Below are positions 1 through 17,446 of a DNA stretch of 64,000 nucleotides, piece by piece. Source of the DNA: Euglena gracilis (Eukaryota); assembly GCA_039621445.1 (NCBI GenBank), contig CP154954.1, positions 1,364,001 through 1,428,000 on the forward strand, read 5' to 3'. The number at the start of each line of letters is the position of its first letter. Within the stretch, counting starts at the first letter, position 1. The notes below the pieces were generated by a model. The model had not been told where the DNA came from, searched no databases, and saw nothing but the letters and a program-made list of their open reading frames with translations. A program made the translations under genes and the position numbers.

Positions 1-2955
1 TTCTATTCTCATCAATGTATCATCATTAGTCGAAAAAGGCATTACTTTTCGAAAAATCGAAAACTCTTTTCTTTCTTGTATTATTTGAGAAGAATGAAGA
101 AGCTTAAAATTACTAATTATTTGACCCGTTTTAAGAAAACATCCAATTTTAAAATTACCAAAAATACGCTTTTGTTTTTTAAGATTTCGAAGCATTATAA
201 CCTTATCTTGATCAAGTATACATGTAATAATATGTGAACTTCTTTTTTTTAAAACTTTCGATTTATCAACTAAACTATTAACGTTCCTAATGTTAATAAA
301 TAATTTACCAAATTTACGAGGAAAAAGTTCTTTCTTCCTGTTAACAAATAATTCTTTTTTATGAACATTTGTAGTAGGACAAATTAATTTATTTTTAAAA
401 GAAAATTTCTTTGTCAAATGAAAAAATAAAGAAGTAAAACTCATAATAATAGAACTTATTATCCAAAATATTTTTCCAAATTGCTTCGAATTAATTTGAG
501 GGAAAAAGATTTGACCAGAAATTTTTGCCTTAACATCTCGAATTTCCTCAATACCAAAAACGTCATTTTTCAAGTTAGAATTTACAGATTCTCCTATTAT
601 TTGCTTATCAAATATTTTTCTTCCTGGCTTAACATATAAAAGCGTACTAGAAGGTAAAAACATAATAGATTTACTAACGTCATTTTCGTAAATCACAATT
701 TTTTTTTCTTGCAAAGTTAAAAAAGCTTTTTCCTTAAATTTATTATAAACTCTTCTTAACCCTGTAGTTAAAGTTGACCTATAAAAATCACTTTTACGAA
801 GTCATACTTGATATATTATATCATACGACTACTCAATTATAATTGTGATTAATTTAATGGCTAATACTTCATATTTATTTTATAATTGCGATCTATAAAT
901 TTAAATACTAATAATAAACATCCCCTAACCCCAAACTAATTTTAATCGTTCCTTCTATTTTAAAACATCGTTTTTTAGAACATGTTTTATCAAATAAAGT
1001 TTAAAATTATAAATTTTATTAGAAAAACCATTTATTCTCACTCTATTTACTAAAAAAATACGTAACAAAATATAAACAACATTTTGTTTATCTATTCTGC
1101 AAAATTGATTTCAATTATAAAAAAATAAACTTACAATATAAATCAATTTAAAAAACTTTAAGTTACTATCTATAACAAGTAATAAATATAAAAATTGTAA
1201 TACAATAACAAAGACAATTAGTCTAAAATAGAAAGTTTAATTCTGCCATTAAATATTGTAAAATTAAAAACGATACACACTTCAAATCGTACCATATTTT
1301 TCCATTTAAAGGAGATGTTATAACTTCTTTTGCCTTTGCAGAAAAAACACCACCCGTATGAAAAGTTCGCATTGTTAATTGCGTACCAGGCTCACCTATT
1401 GATTGAGCAGCTAAAATTCCTACACATTCACCAAGTTCTACCATTTTGCCACAGGCTAAATTCCAACCATAGCATATTTGGCATATGCCTTCCATTAATA
1501 CACAATTAAAAGGTGTACGAATATAAACCTCGGGAAAATTAATAATTTTTTTAAACGTATAGACTGAAAGTTAATATTTAATAAAAATATTTCTCATTCG
1601 AAACCGAGCATGAAAATTCTTTTTCACTCGGCTACCTAAAAATCATAAACTTTTTATGATATTTAAGAAATATATCAGCATATGCCGGTGATTACACCTA
1701 CTACTTTTCATAGAGTATTTTAAACGTTTTTATAACATCGTTCAGACCTTTTGCTTCATATTCCATCCTTATAAATAAAAATTCAATTCGTTTATACCAT
1801 AACTACTATACATAAAAGGTATGTTTTAAAATGGCTCCTAATATAACTCCCCCTTAATTTTCAATAACAAAGTGTAATAAAATATTATAAAAAAAGTTGA
1901 AGCTTTTTAGTTTCTTAATTTTCTGTAAACCATATAAAATTACTATTTCAAATACTTTTAATACTTTGAAATTTTAATCCTGTTTTTTTATTCTAATAAA
2001 AAGGAAATTATGTTTAATAACAATGATCTGTATATTATTAGAATTTCGCTAATTTTAAAGTATAATAATCTTAGATAAAAATTAATATAAAAGAATTTGC
2101 CACATTCCTTAAATTTTAAAATTTTTGTAGCTCGAACCACACATTACAAATATCTTGACCAGCACTAACTAAAATATCACCTGTTTTGGCATTAACAATA
2201 GTTTTTGCTAATACTCTACCAATTAATTTTTCCTTCAAAAACTTTAGTTCTTCTTTATCTTGGTTTTGTAGTAATACGCACGTATTATATTTTGTAAAAC
2301 AATCCGACCTTTTTACAATTAAGTTTTGTGCTGTATAAATCATTCGTCTAGTTAAATACCCAGCATTAGCTGTTTTTAAAGCAGTATCAATTAAGCCTTT
2401 TCTAGCACCGTAACAAGAAACAAAATATTCAGTAATATTTAAACCTTCTTTAAAATTAGTTTTTATTGGAAAAGGAATTACATTACCCTGAGAATCGGAC
2501 ATTAGTCCTCGCATACCTATCAATTGTTTCACCTGTGTAATACTACCCCTTGCACCTGACAAAGTCATAGAATACAAAGGATTCAAAAAGTCGGATTGTC
2601 TCAAATTATTAATAGATTCTTTCTTCAAATTTTCATTAACGACATTCCAAATATCCCTTTCTTCATCCAAAACATTAATGAAATTTATCATACCATTTTT
2701 ATATCGATTTCTCGTTTTAAATAAAATTTTTTCAGAACTTTTAACCAAATTTGCTTTTGAAGAAGGAATTTTAAGATCTCCAAGTCCTAATGATAATCCA
2801 GTGGTTGTTGCATAGGTAAAACCAAAATTTTTCATTTTATCCAATAACTCTTTTGTTCGGATACTACCATAATTTGACAAAAACCAGCTAATTAAATTTC
2901 TAATTTCATTTTTATCAAAAACTCTATTAAAACATACTATATTTCCGAAATTCAT
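1..2955 (-). CDS. rpoC2: RNA polymerase beta'' subunit, 3 exons (2955-2143, ~1558-1281, 766-<1); 3' end lies outside the window
   Basis: Motifs [27 protein letters not shown] and [21 protein letters not shown]. Splicing restores the frame (..[14 protein letters not shown]..). Confidence 0.97.
767..1280 (-). other. Group II intron (rpoC2 intron 2), 514 nt
   Basis: 5' GTGTGT; domain V AGTCGTATGAT..AAGTATGACTT at ~798-830; 3' CTTTAAC; removal restores the frame. Confidence 0.88.
1559..2142 (-). other. Group II intron (rpoC2 intron 1)
   Basis: 5' GTGTGG; domain V AGCCGAGTGAAAAAGAATTTTCATGCTCGGTTT at ~1601-1632; ends ..AGTCTAT. Confidence 0.85.
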
Positions 2956-3046
2956 AATTAAAATAATAATTTAACAAACTTATTGAAATAAATCAATAAA
3001 ATAATAAACTTTAAAACTACTTAGCTCATACAAAAAATTAAAGTAT

Positions 3047-6505
<3,459 letters not shown>

Positions 6506-6589
6506 AAATACAAAAATAAATAAAAATAAGTATCAGGTCTTAATTGACCATAAAAACTTCATAAAAAAAAAAATAACTCAAAAATTTAA

Positions 6590-9500
6590 CTAATCGAATT
6601 TTTTATAATTATTTGTAAAAATTTTAATATCAATACATAAAGATTGCATTTCTAAAATAAATAACTTGAAAGCTTCGGGAATATTTGGCTTAGAAAAATA
6701 AGTACCATTTATTAAACTAAATAACGCTTCTGATCTATTTAATACATCATCAGATTTAATAGTTAATAACTCCTGCAACAAATATGCAGCACCAAATCCT
6801 TCTATAGCCCAAACCTCCATTTCCCCAAACCTTTGTCCACCATTTTTCGATTTTCCACGTAAAGGTTGTTGAGTTACTGAAGAATAAGGGCCGGTAACTC
6901 TCGCATGAATTTTGTCTTTAACCATATGTATTAATTTTAAAATATACGCATAACCAAAAGCTACAGGGTGATCAAAAGGCCTACAATTTCTACCATCATA
7001 TAAAAAGGCTTTTCCTGGATAATTTGGATTAAAAAGCCAATCTTTTTTAGTTCTTTTACGCGCTTCATTTAATTTTTTATACACAAAAGATTTTGAATTC
7101 ATACTTGTTTGGACTTCATCAAAAGGTTGAATTTTATACCTTTCTTTCAAAAATAAAGAAGACAAGTTTAACAAACTTTCAAAGACTTGACCAACATTCA
7201 TTCTAGATGGTATGCCTAGAGGATTTAAAATCATATCAACAGGTGTACCATCAGGAAGAAAAGGCATATCTATAGACGGAACAATTTTCGAAATTATACC
7301 TTTATTACCATGCCGTCCTGCAATTTTATCACCTATTTGTATTCTGCGTTTTTCGGCAACATGAATAAGAACAGAACAATTCGACTTTTTACATAAAATC
7401 TCAACACTTGTAACAATACCTACCAAAGAGCGAGGAGAACGTAAAGAAACGTCTTTTCGTACCTTATTGCCAAAAAATGCTATTAACATTTTATTTTTTG
7501 GCGTATTTTTTAACTTAACTTTAATTCTTCCAATTAAAACATCCTGTGCTTTAATCTCTGAACCTATTTTAATAATACCATTATTTTTCAAGTTTTTAAT
7601 AGTTTTTAAACTTGCATTAGGAATAAACATACTAATATTTTCTTAAAACTTAACAAATTAATATTCGTTTTCAAACTAAACATCTAAACTAATAATAGAT
7701 TTAGCTTTATTAAATAAAATAAACATTTTTCATTTAAATCAAAAAATTTTAATTGAATTTAATTTTTCATTAATAATGAAATATGAAAAAAAGCTAAATA
7801 TAAATTTTTGAAAAAGTTATAAAAAAAATTAATAATTTTAAAAACAAATAAAAGTTATAATTAAATATCTCTAAATAATATTTATACCAAAATTTACGAA
7901 AAATAAAATTAAGAATTAAATTTTCAAAATTAACTAAATTTAAATTCGCACACCTTTTTTTTCATCATTTACAATAAAAGTTTTAAATTTTTTCATATGT
8001 ATAGAAGTAAAAATATCTTCAAAAACAAGCCTTTCACTAATAATTACGGCATCTTCAAAATTATAACCTTCCCATCCAAGGTACGCGACCAAAACATTTT
8101 TTCCTAAACAAATGCCACCTCTTAATGTACTCATACCATCAGCTATAATTTGTCCTTTTCTAACCCACTCACCTTCATGAACAATAGGAATTTTCTGAAT
8201 ATAAACACCGTGATTCGATTTCTTAGGAGACTCTAAAAAATAAATTTTTTGGTTAACTTTTTTAATAAGTTTAAAATTTTTTTGAGATATTTCATTTAAG
8301 CACCCCAATAAATTAAAAAAAGAATAATTTTTATTAAAAAATTCAATATTAGCACAATATTCTTCCTCTTGAATAACTATTTTTTTTAAACTAGAATAAA
8401 TTACTTTTCCACTACTTTTTGCTAAAACCGTGGCATCACTTTCTCGATTAATTAAAGCCTCGCGTCCAGTTTTTATAAAAGGAACTTCCTTTTCCAATAA
8501 AATAAGAGATTGTCGTTGCATGTTTGAACCCATAAGAACCCTATTAGCATCGTTATGCTCCAAAAAAGGAACTAAGCCTGTACCTAATGAAGTAAATTGA
8601 TCTGTTGAAATACTTATAAAATCAATATTTTTTGAGAAAGAATATGAAAAAATTTTACTTCTTTTAACACCTAGAAGCTTATTTTTATCTAAAAGATTAC
8701 TTTGAGAACTTCTAAAGACATCAAACGGAGCTACTGTAAAATATTTTTCCTGCGCAGAAGAAATAAAATAAATTCCTTTATTGGTTTCTATCTTTCCTCT
8801 CAAAACCTTATAAAAAGGGCTTTCTAAAAATCCATACTTATCAACTCTTACATCTTTTGCTAAAGATAAAATCAAACCAGCATTTTTTCCCTCACTTGTC
8901 TCAATAGGACAAACCCTTCCATATTGACTAGTATTTATTTCTCTTACATCTAACTTTGTTCTTTCTTTATTAAGACCATTAGGACCAAAGGGACTTAACT
9001 TCCTTTTATGTGTAAGCTCAGACAAAGAATTTGTATCATCTAACAATTGAGAAAGTGGATTAACAGAAAAAAACTTTCGAATACGATTAGTTATAAAGTA
9101 AGAATTAAAAAATCTAGATAATCTAAAAGTTTTTTCAGAAGGATTTTTATAAAGAAATATCAATTTTTCTTTTAAACTAGATTCTAATTCATTTAAAATA
9201 ATTCGGAATTGACTTTGAAGAAGTTCACCTATACTACGTACTAATTTGTTTTTTAAATCATCGATCTCATCAAAAGGTATCATTAATAAAATATTGCTAA
9301 AAAATTTTTATAATAAATAAAAATTTTAATAAATTTAAATAAACAAACAAATAAAGATACTATTATTCTTCATTATTTCCCAACCTTTCTTTAACTCAAT
9401 CAAATAATGAGCTATACCCAAAACATCTTCGGGTTGCAAAGTTCTATTACTTTGAAAAAATTCGGATCTATAAATTTTAGTATTAACCCTAAAGCGACCT

Positions 9501-10837
9501 ACTTCACCCAAATCATATTTACGTGTTTAATCTCGGCTAATAATGCTGGCATAAAATAATAAATCAAAAAATTTTAAAATAATCTATAAAAAATTTAACT
9601 TTTGTAAATTACAAAAAATACACGAATAAACTCAAGATCCATAAACTTTGAACGTAAAAATTTTCGGGCATTTCCTTTCAGATAAAAAAACATCTGAAAA
9701 AATAAAAAAAATATTAATATCTTATTAACTAAAAAAATAATATAAAATAATAAAATCAAACATATAAAAATCTAAAAAAACGAACATTAACTTCGTTTGG
9801 AAAAAATATTTTATAAAATTCGAAAAATTCCAATCTAATACCATAAGACTCACTTTCTTGTAACGTTTCTATAAAAATAGGATCGTTAAGATACAAAAAA
9901 AATTTTTTTCGGGATAGGCCTAAGCATTTCAAAAAATTTATTAAAGGTATAGCTGTCTTTATTTTGTCTACTTTAACGAAAATTCCCTCGTCTTGACCCA
10001 AATATAAAAAATTTTCAATTTTAAAAAAGAATTTAATTTAATGTAAAAATATAATTTAAAAATCCAAATTACTAAATAACATTTAAAAACGCACATCAAT
10101 TTTAAAAGTTAACCAACTACCAAAAGTTGGTATTAACGTCGCAAATATGGAATCATTATAACGATTTTTTTCAAAATAAACGCCAGGACTACGAATAATT
10201 TGGTTAAAAATGAATTAAAAAAACTCAAACCTAAAAATTAAAAAAAAATTAACTTATAAATATAATTAATAAAAAATTAAAAGTAATAATATAAACCACA
10301 TCCATAATTCTTTTATTACCGTTAAAAATAAACGTACCTTTTTCAGTCATTAAAGGAATTTTTGCAAATAATATATATTTATTTAATAAGATAATAAATT
10401 CTTTTTTGCTAAAAAAAAACTTATTATTATAATGAAAATATATTATAAAATTAATAGGAAAAATAATAAAAATCTCTCCTAACAAGGAACATATTATTAT
10501 AGGTAACTTCAACAGGTATATGAACAGATAAACTGTATGTTTCCCCGTTTTTCAATGCAAATTCAGCAGATATTTTAGGCTTTTTATATTTCACATTATC
10601 TGTTTGAAAGCTTATCCTAAAGCCTTCATGAGCTATATCTTTTATTTTTCTTAACTCTTCTACCAAACCCTTTTTTAAAAAGGAGCGAAAACTATTTCGT
10701 TGTATCATCAGTAAAATTTTTATCTAACATAAACATACCAAAAAAAATTATTTATTTATTTGTAATAAATAAAACCAAAGTTAAGAATTAATTCACAAAT
10801 CTAATAAATTAGAGCGTACTCTACAACCATTTACCAT
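6590..10837 (-). CDS. rpoB: RNA polymerase beta subunit, about 9 exons
   Basis: Start MVNGCRVRSNLLD. Motifs [54 protein letters not shown] and GGQRFGEMEVWAIE. Confidence 0.96.
7643..7951 (-). other. Last rpoB intron, group II-like, 309 nt
   Basis: 5' GTGCG; removal joins ..DEKKG to ENISMFIP.. in frame. Confidence 0.85.
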
Positions 10838-11539
10838 TTCTCACAAAGTTCAAACAGTCTGTTTCTTTGATTTGACATTAATAGTATAATGGATTTTTTA
10901 AAATTAATTTTAAATGCATATAAATTAACTAACCTTAATATTTAATAAAACAAAAAGTTCCCTTAAAAAAATAATGTTTTAAAACAATTACTTCGATGTT
11001 TATACAATTTTGCAGAAGTACTATTTTTCGCATTATTTTCATGGCCAAAATTAATTAACCAAGAACGAGCTTTTTTAATCCTTTATTTTCAAAGGCTTTC
11101 TTACGGAAGTTTGCAACCAACCTGTTAATGCTTACTTCTCTTTTAGTTTCATTACTCTCCATTATTAAAGACAAATTAGATGCTGAGTTAAATAAATAAA
11201 TTTTCGAAAAAAATAAACGAACTCTTGTTAAATAATAGTTTTTTTATAACATAAATTTTGATATTACACTACATAAAACTATTAGTTTTTCAAAAAAGTT
11301 GAAAAAATTAAAATGGTATTATATGAACAAATTGTTTTTATTAACTCAAAACTTTAAAAATTGAAAAATTTGCCTCTTTATTAAATTTGATACTAAAAAT
11401 TATTGTCTTGTTTTTTTCATATCATAGGAGTTTTCTAAAAATTTAATAATTTATATTTTTTGTAAAAAAATTACTTGTTCTTACCATTTAATAAAAATTT
11501 GGCTTTTATTAAAAAAATTTTTTCATTAAATATTATATT

Positions 11540-12800
11540 GAAATTTATAACGAAAACGAAAAAAAAAAAAAAAAGAAAAAAAAGAAAAAAAAAAAAAAAA
11601 AGTAAAAAAACAAAAAACACAAAAAAAAACAAAAATTTTTCCTAAAAAAAAAAAAAAAATATAAAGAAATTATTAAAAAATAAAAAAAAAGTAAAAAATA
11701 AAACAAAAATACAGAAACATTTTCAGGAATAAAAAAGGGGTAACAAAACAAGAGTAAATTTTTGTAAAGATTCTTATAATAGAGGATAGTTTTTAATAAA
11801 AAAAAAAAACATAGAAAAAAAAAAACACAAAAAAAAAAAAAAAAAAAAAATAAAATAATTTACAAATAAAAAAAAAAATAATTCTACAATTAAAATTTAA
11901 TTTATTTGTATTTAATTTTTTTTATTTAAAGAAGTTTACCATATTTTTTTTTAATAATGTTTATTACAGATTTTTTTTTCTTGCCTTTTTTTTTTTTTTG
12001 AGCTTTTAATTTTTTTTAATTACTTTTTTGAATTTTTAATTTTTTTTTATTTTTTTTTTTTTAATTTTTTTTTTGTTTTATTTGATTAATTAAAAACAAA
12101 AAATTTGGTTTGATTAAAAAATAAAAATTAAATTAAAAATATTTTTAGAAATTTATATTATTTTTTAAAATTATTAATTTCTGAATTTATTTTGATTGTT
12201 TTTTGGAAAAAATATTGTTTATTTTTTTTTAATAAAGATAAAGAAATTAAATATTCTTTCTCAAAAAGATTGTAAATAGAAGAACAAAATAAACATAATG
12301 AAAACAAAAAAAAAATGTTTTTAGGAAAAGTTCACAAAAATATTGTAGATAAAAAGAAAAAAAAAACGTAGACTAAAAAATAGAAAAAAAAATAAAAAAA
12401 AGAATAAAAAAAATAAATTTATTAAAAAAAAAAAAAAAAAAAAAATTAACAAAAGATTAATAAAAAAAAAAGAAAAAATTTTCATATATTTTAAATAATA
12501 AAGAAAAAAAAGGTTTTAAGATAGCATATGAGTATTGCTAAATATATTAATTATAAATTAGGGCAAATTCAAGGAAAATAAAAAGAAGTTAAAAATTTAG
12601 AAATTTAAAAAAATAAAATAATTTGAGCTAAATATTAAGTTATTTTAGTTTAGTATTTATGTGGAAAACATTTGAATTATTTTAAGATAAGGGAAAAAAG
12701 AAAAGGAAAAAAAAAAAAAATTAAAAAAAAAAAAAAGCGAATAAAAAAAGAAAACACCAAAAAAAAATTATCAAAAAACTAAAAAAAGTGAAAAATTAAA
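11540..12800. repeat. Low-complexity A/T homopolymer block, probably degraded consensus
   Basis: Long A runs and T runs, almost no G/C, no meaningful reading frame. Confidence 0.75.
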
Positions 12801-13353
12801 AGAGAAAATTTATTTCTACTTCTATATTTAGTTGATTAGATGGAAATTTGATAAAATTAGAACCATTTTTACTAATATAAATAGGTCAAGTGTTACACAT
12901 ACAATAGAGAAAATAAACCATAAAAAATTAAAGTATTTTTAACAAAATTGACGTACAATTTTTGTCCTAACTTGAAAAAATAACAATCTTCAATTCTTGT
13001 AATAGGAAAGTTTGGCAAATTTATGGTATTATAGTAAAATAACAAAGTTTAAACTAGCTCAATATTAGAAAAAATTTTAAGCAATAGTATAAATAATTAT
13101 TAAATTGACAAAAAATCATAACCAAAAAAGTATTAGAGTTCAAATTTTTAAGAGTCACTTTTTCTTTATTCAAAGATTGTCTTAAAAATTTCTTTACAAA
13201 AAGTTCAAACATGATGTTTTTTTATTATTTAACTTGTTGAGAGAAAAATTTTTTATCAAAACTTTAAAGATTTTAACTACTTTAACAAAGAAATCGACAA
13301 AATTCATAAAAATCAATCAAAAACATACTCAATATTAATAAATAAACTCGCGA

Positions 13354-13470
13354 TAAGGGCACTAAAAGCTTTTCCCAGAAAGCAACCTTCCAAGTATCCA
13401 TTTACCCTTTATGTTTAACTTGCAAGTTCGAAATGTTTTAAGTGGATCCATAAAGACAAGAGCACCCTAA
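13354..13470 (-). rRNA. rrn5: 5S rRNA (operon 1)
   Basis: TTAGGGTGCTCTTG..CGAACTTG..AGTGCCCTTA with complementary ends, downstream of 23S. Confidence 0.9.
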
Positions 13471-13544
13471 AATAAAAGTTCATTCAAGAAACTTTTAAAT
13501 CTTAAAAAAGTGACAAGTAAAAATAAATGTTTTGTTTTCATATA

Positions 13545-13860
13545 GGAAAAAATTTTCGGTCGGTTAGTATATCTCGGCTAAAATTGTTACCAATTGTACA
13601 CCTAATACCTATCAAACGGTTCGTCTTACCGTGACCTATGAAGAGTACTTATCTTAAGGTGGGCTTCCTACTTATATGCTTTCAGCAGTTATCCACTCCG
13701 CACTTGACTACCCAGCGTATTCTGTTGGCACAAAAACTGGTACATCAGTGGTGCGTCCTTCCCGGTCCTCTCGTACTAAGGAAAGCGCCTTTCAATACTC
13801 TAACGCTCACACCGGATATGGACCGAACTGTCTCTCGACGTTCTGAACCCAGCTCACGTA

Positions 13861-13895
<35 letters not shown>

Positions 13896-13912
13896 GTACT
13901 ACCGCCCCAGGT

Positions 13913-13972
<60 letters not shown>

Positions 13973-14460
13973 CAGCCTGTTATCCCTAGAGTAACTTTTA
14001 TCTGTTTACGACGGCCTTTCCATACAGCACCGTCGGGTCACTAAGACCGACTTTAGTCTCTGTTTGACTTATAAGTCTCACAGTCAAGCTTTCTTATGCC
14101 TTTACACTCCACAACTAATTTCCGTCTAGCCTGAGAAAACCTTTGTACGCCTCCGTTACTTTTTAGGAGGCTACCGCCCCAGTAAAACTGCCCACCTGAA
14201 ACTGTCAATTATCATGATTGTACATAAGATTAAGATTAGATTTCTAGCTTTCTCAGAGTGGTATCTCATTTTTCGGCTCCCCGTATCCCAAAAGACAAGA
14301 TCATAGCCTCCCACCTATTCTGCGCAAAAAAAGCCCGAAACCAATTTCAGGATACAGTAAAGCTTCATAGGGTCTTTCTGTCCAAGTGCAAGTAGACCGC
14401 ATCTTCACAGTCAATTCTATTTCACCGAGTCTCTTTCTGAGACAGTGTCCAAATCGTTAA

Positions 14461-14513
<53 letters not shown>

Positions 14514-16433
14514 AATTATAGTTATTGCCGCTGTTCACAGGGGCTTCAGTCACTAGCTTTGCTTACGCTAACCAATTTCTTTAACCTTCCTGCACTGAGC
14601 AGGCCTCGGCCCCCATACATCGTTTTTCAACTTCGCGGAGACCTGTGCTTTTGGTAAGCAGTCGCTTGGACCTCTTTTCTGCCACCTCATTAGAGGTACT
14701 TCTTCTTCCGAAGTTACGAAGTCATTTTGCCGAGTTCCTTAGAAAGAGTTATCTCGCGCTCCTTAGTATATTCTACTAACCTACCTGTGTCAGTTTACGG
14801 TACAGGCGAGCTCACTATACATAAACAAAAGTTTTTCTTGGAAACATGACATCAATCACTTTCAATACCGTAGTATTTATACTATTCAGGCCTTAAGACA
14901 AAATATTTTTTTTAATATTTGATACCTCTTGAACCCTTAAACCACAAACCATCACGTGGCCGATCTAGCCTTTTTCGTCACTCCTTACAAGTGAGCATTC
15001 GGTACAGGAATATTAACCTGTCATCCATCAATTTACGTTGTTAAACCTTATTTTAGGACCTGACTAACCCTTAGAGGACGAACCTGGCTAAGGAAACCTT
15101 AGGTTTTCGGAGCATAGGATTTTCACCAATGTTTTCGTTACTTAAGCCGACATTCTCACTTCTGTTTAATCCAGAACTATTTTCACTATTCCTTCTCTTC
15201 AACACAGAACGCTCTTCTACCGATTTCTCTCACACCTTCGGCAAATTACTTAGTCCCGTTCATTTTCGGCGCACTATCACTTGACCAGTAAGCTATTACG
15301 CACTTTTTAAAGGAATGGCTGCTTCTAAGCCAACCTCCTGGTTGTCTATGTAATAGTACATCCTTTACCACTTAGTAATTATTTAGGGGCCTTAAGTAGT
15401 GATCTGGGCTGTTTCCCTCTTGACAATGAAGCTTATCCCCCACTGTCTCACTGATTAATTGAAATATAACTTAGTATTCAGAGTTTGCCACAACTTGGTA
15501 CCATTTTCATAGCCCGCATCGAAACAGTGCTTTACCCCTAATGTTTACCATAATTAAACGCTGCGCCTCAACGCATTTCGAAGAGATCCAGCTAGCTCCA
15601 AGTTCGATTGGAATTTCTCCCCTAATCACAGTTCATCCCCCAATTTTTCAACATTGGTGGGTTCGGTCCTCCATTCTGTTTTACCAAAACTTCAACCTGA
15701 CCATGATTAGATCACCTGGGTTCGGGTCTATAAGCAATGACATAAACTTTCAAGAAGAAAGTTTTTCGCTTTATTTAAGCTCGATTTCACTATGGCTCCG
15801 GAAAAACCTTAACCTTGCCATCACCTATAAGTCGCCGGCTCATTCTTCAACAGGCACACAGTCAATCTTTAAATAGATCTCCTACTGCTTGTAAACTTAT
15901 GCTTTCATATTCTATTTCACTCACTTCTCAGTGTTCTATTTCAGCTTTCCCTCACGGTACTCGTACACTATCGGTCATTTAGGAGTATTTAGCCTTACGA
16001 GATGGTCCTCGCTGATTCACACAGAATTCCACGTGCTCTATGCTACTCGGGAAAATCAAAAATTACTTTTTAAAAACAAATACGGGATTTAAAACCCTCT
16101 TTGATTTTGTTTTCAACAAATTCTCTATCTTTTTCAGTAATTATAATATACCCACAACACCCATAAAGGTTTAGGCTGATTTCCGTTAGCTCGCCACTAA
16201 TAAGAAAATCGCTTTTGCTTTCTTTTCCTTCGGCTACTAAGATGTTTCAGTTCACCAAGTTCTCTACATTATTTGTATACCATTTCATTGTAATGTTAAA
16301 GTAATAGGTTGCCCCATTCGGGAATCTTTAGATTAAAGCTCGTCTTTAGCTCCCTAAAGCATATCGTTAATTTCTACGCCCTTCTTCGACTCTAAATGCC
16401 AAGCAATCCCGCATAAGCCCTTGTTCATTTGAA
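13545..16433 (-). rRNA. rrn23: 23S rRNA (operon 1)
   Basis: Sarcin-ricin loop AGTACGAGAGGACC, peptidyl-transferase centre sequences, 5' TTCAAATGAACAAGGGC. Ends approximate. Confidence 0.97.
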
Positions 16434-16451
16434 CCTACATCAAAACCTTTT

Positions 16452-16524
16452 TGGAGATAAGCGGACTCGAACCGCTGACATCTGCCTTGCAAAGGCAGCG
16501 CTCTACCAACTGAGCTATACCCCC
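16452..16524 (-). tRNA. trnA: tRNA-Ala(UGC)
   Basis: Intronless 73 nt cloverleaf, anticodon arm CTGCC-TT-TGC-AA-GGCAG. Confidence 0.96.
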
Positions 16525-16533
16525 AAAACCAAG

Positions 16534-16607
16534 AGGGCCATGCTAGACTTGAACTAGCGACCTTACCCTTATCAAGGGTATGCTCTAACCAACTGAGCTA
16601 ATAGCCC
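16534..16607 (-). tRNA. trnI: tRNA-Ile(GAU)
   Basis: Cloverleaf GGGCTAT..ATGGCCCT, anticodon GAT, in the 16S-23S spacer. Confidence 0.96.
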
Positions 16608-16691
16608 TCTTGGAAAAATAAGAGGTTTCCCTACTTATTTTTTTTATTTTTCATTGTTTTCCAATCTATACATTTTTTTAGTTAAAAAACT

Positions 16692-16813
16692 AAAGGGAGT
16701 TGTTCCAGCCACACCTTCCAGTACGGCTACCTTGTTACGACTTCACCCCAGTCACCAGCCAGGCCTTAGGTATTTCCCTCTTTTCAGGCAAGATAATAAC
16801 TTCGGGCACAGCC

Positions 16814-16851
<38 letters not shown>

Positions 16852-17107
16852 AGAACGTATTCACCGCCGTATAGCTGACCGGCGATTACTAGCGATTCCG
16901 GCTTCATGTAGGCGAGTTTCAGCCTACAATCCGAACTTAGGCTAAGTTTTAAGATTAGCTCATTTTCACAAAATTGCAACTTATTGTCTTAACCATTGTA
17001 GCACGTGTGTAGCCCAGGATATAAGGGGCATGATGACTTGACGTCGTCCTCACCTTCCTCCGGTAATAACCAGCAGTATTTCTAAATGACAAGCGTTAAT
17101 TAAAAAA

Positions 17108-17172
<65 letters not shown>

Positions 17173-17240
17173 CCACCTGTGTCTAGATACCCGAAGGTAC
17201 TGCGTTCTTTCAAACTTCCTCCTAGATCCTGTCAAATCCT

Positions 17241-17321
<81 letters not shown>

Positions 17322-17414
17322 CTTGTGCAAGCGTACTCCCCAGGCGGGATACTTAACGTGTTAACTACAGCAGTGCACTTTCAGCACCACTTAGTATCCA
17401 TAGTTTACGGCCAA

Positions 17415-17446
<32 letters not shown>

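Noticed and set aside
11545-11751. 68 aa Phe-rich ORF
   Set aside because: Reverse reading of a poly-A block.
13638-17364. ORF-track calls inside the first rRNA operon, and their copies at 19559-23241
   Set aside because: Spurious frames in or antisense to 16S/23S rRNA.
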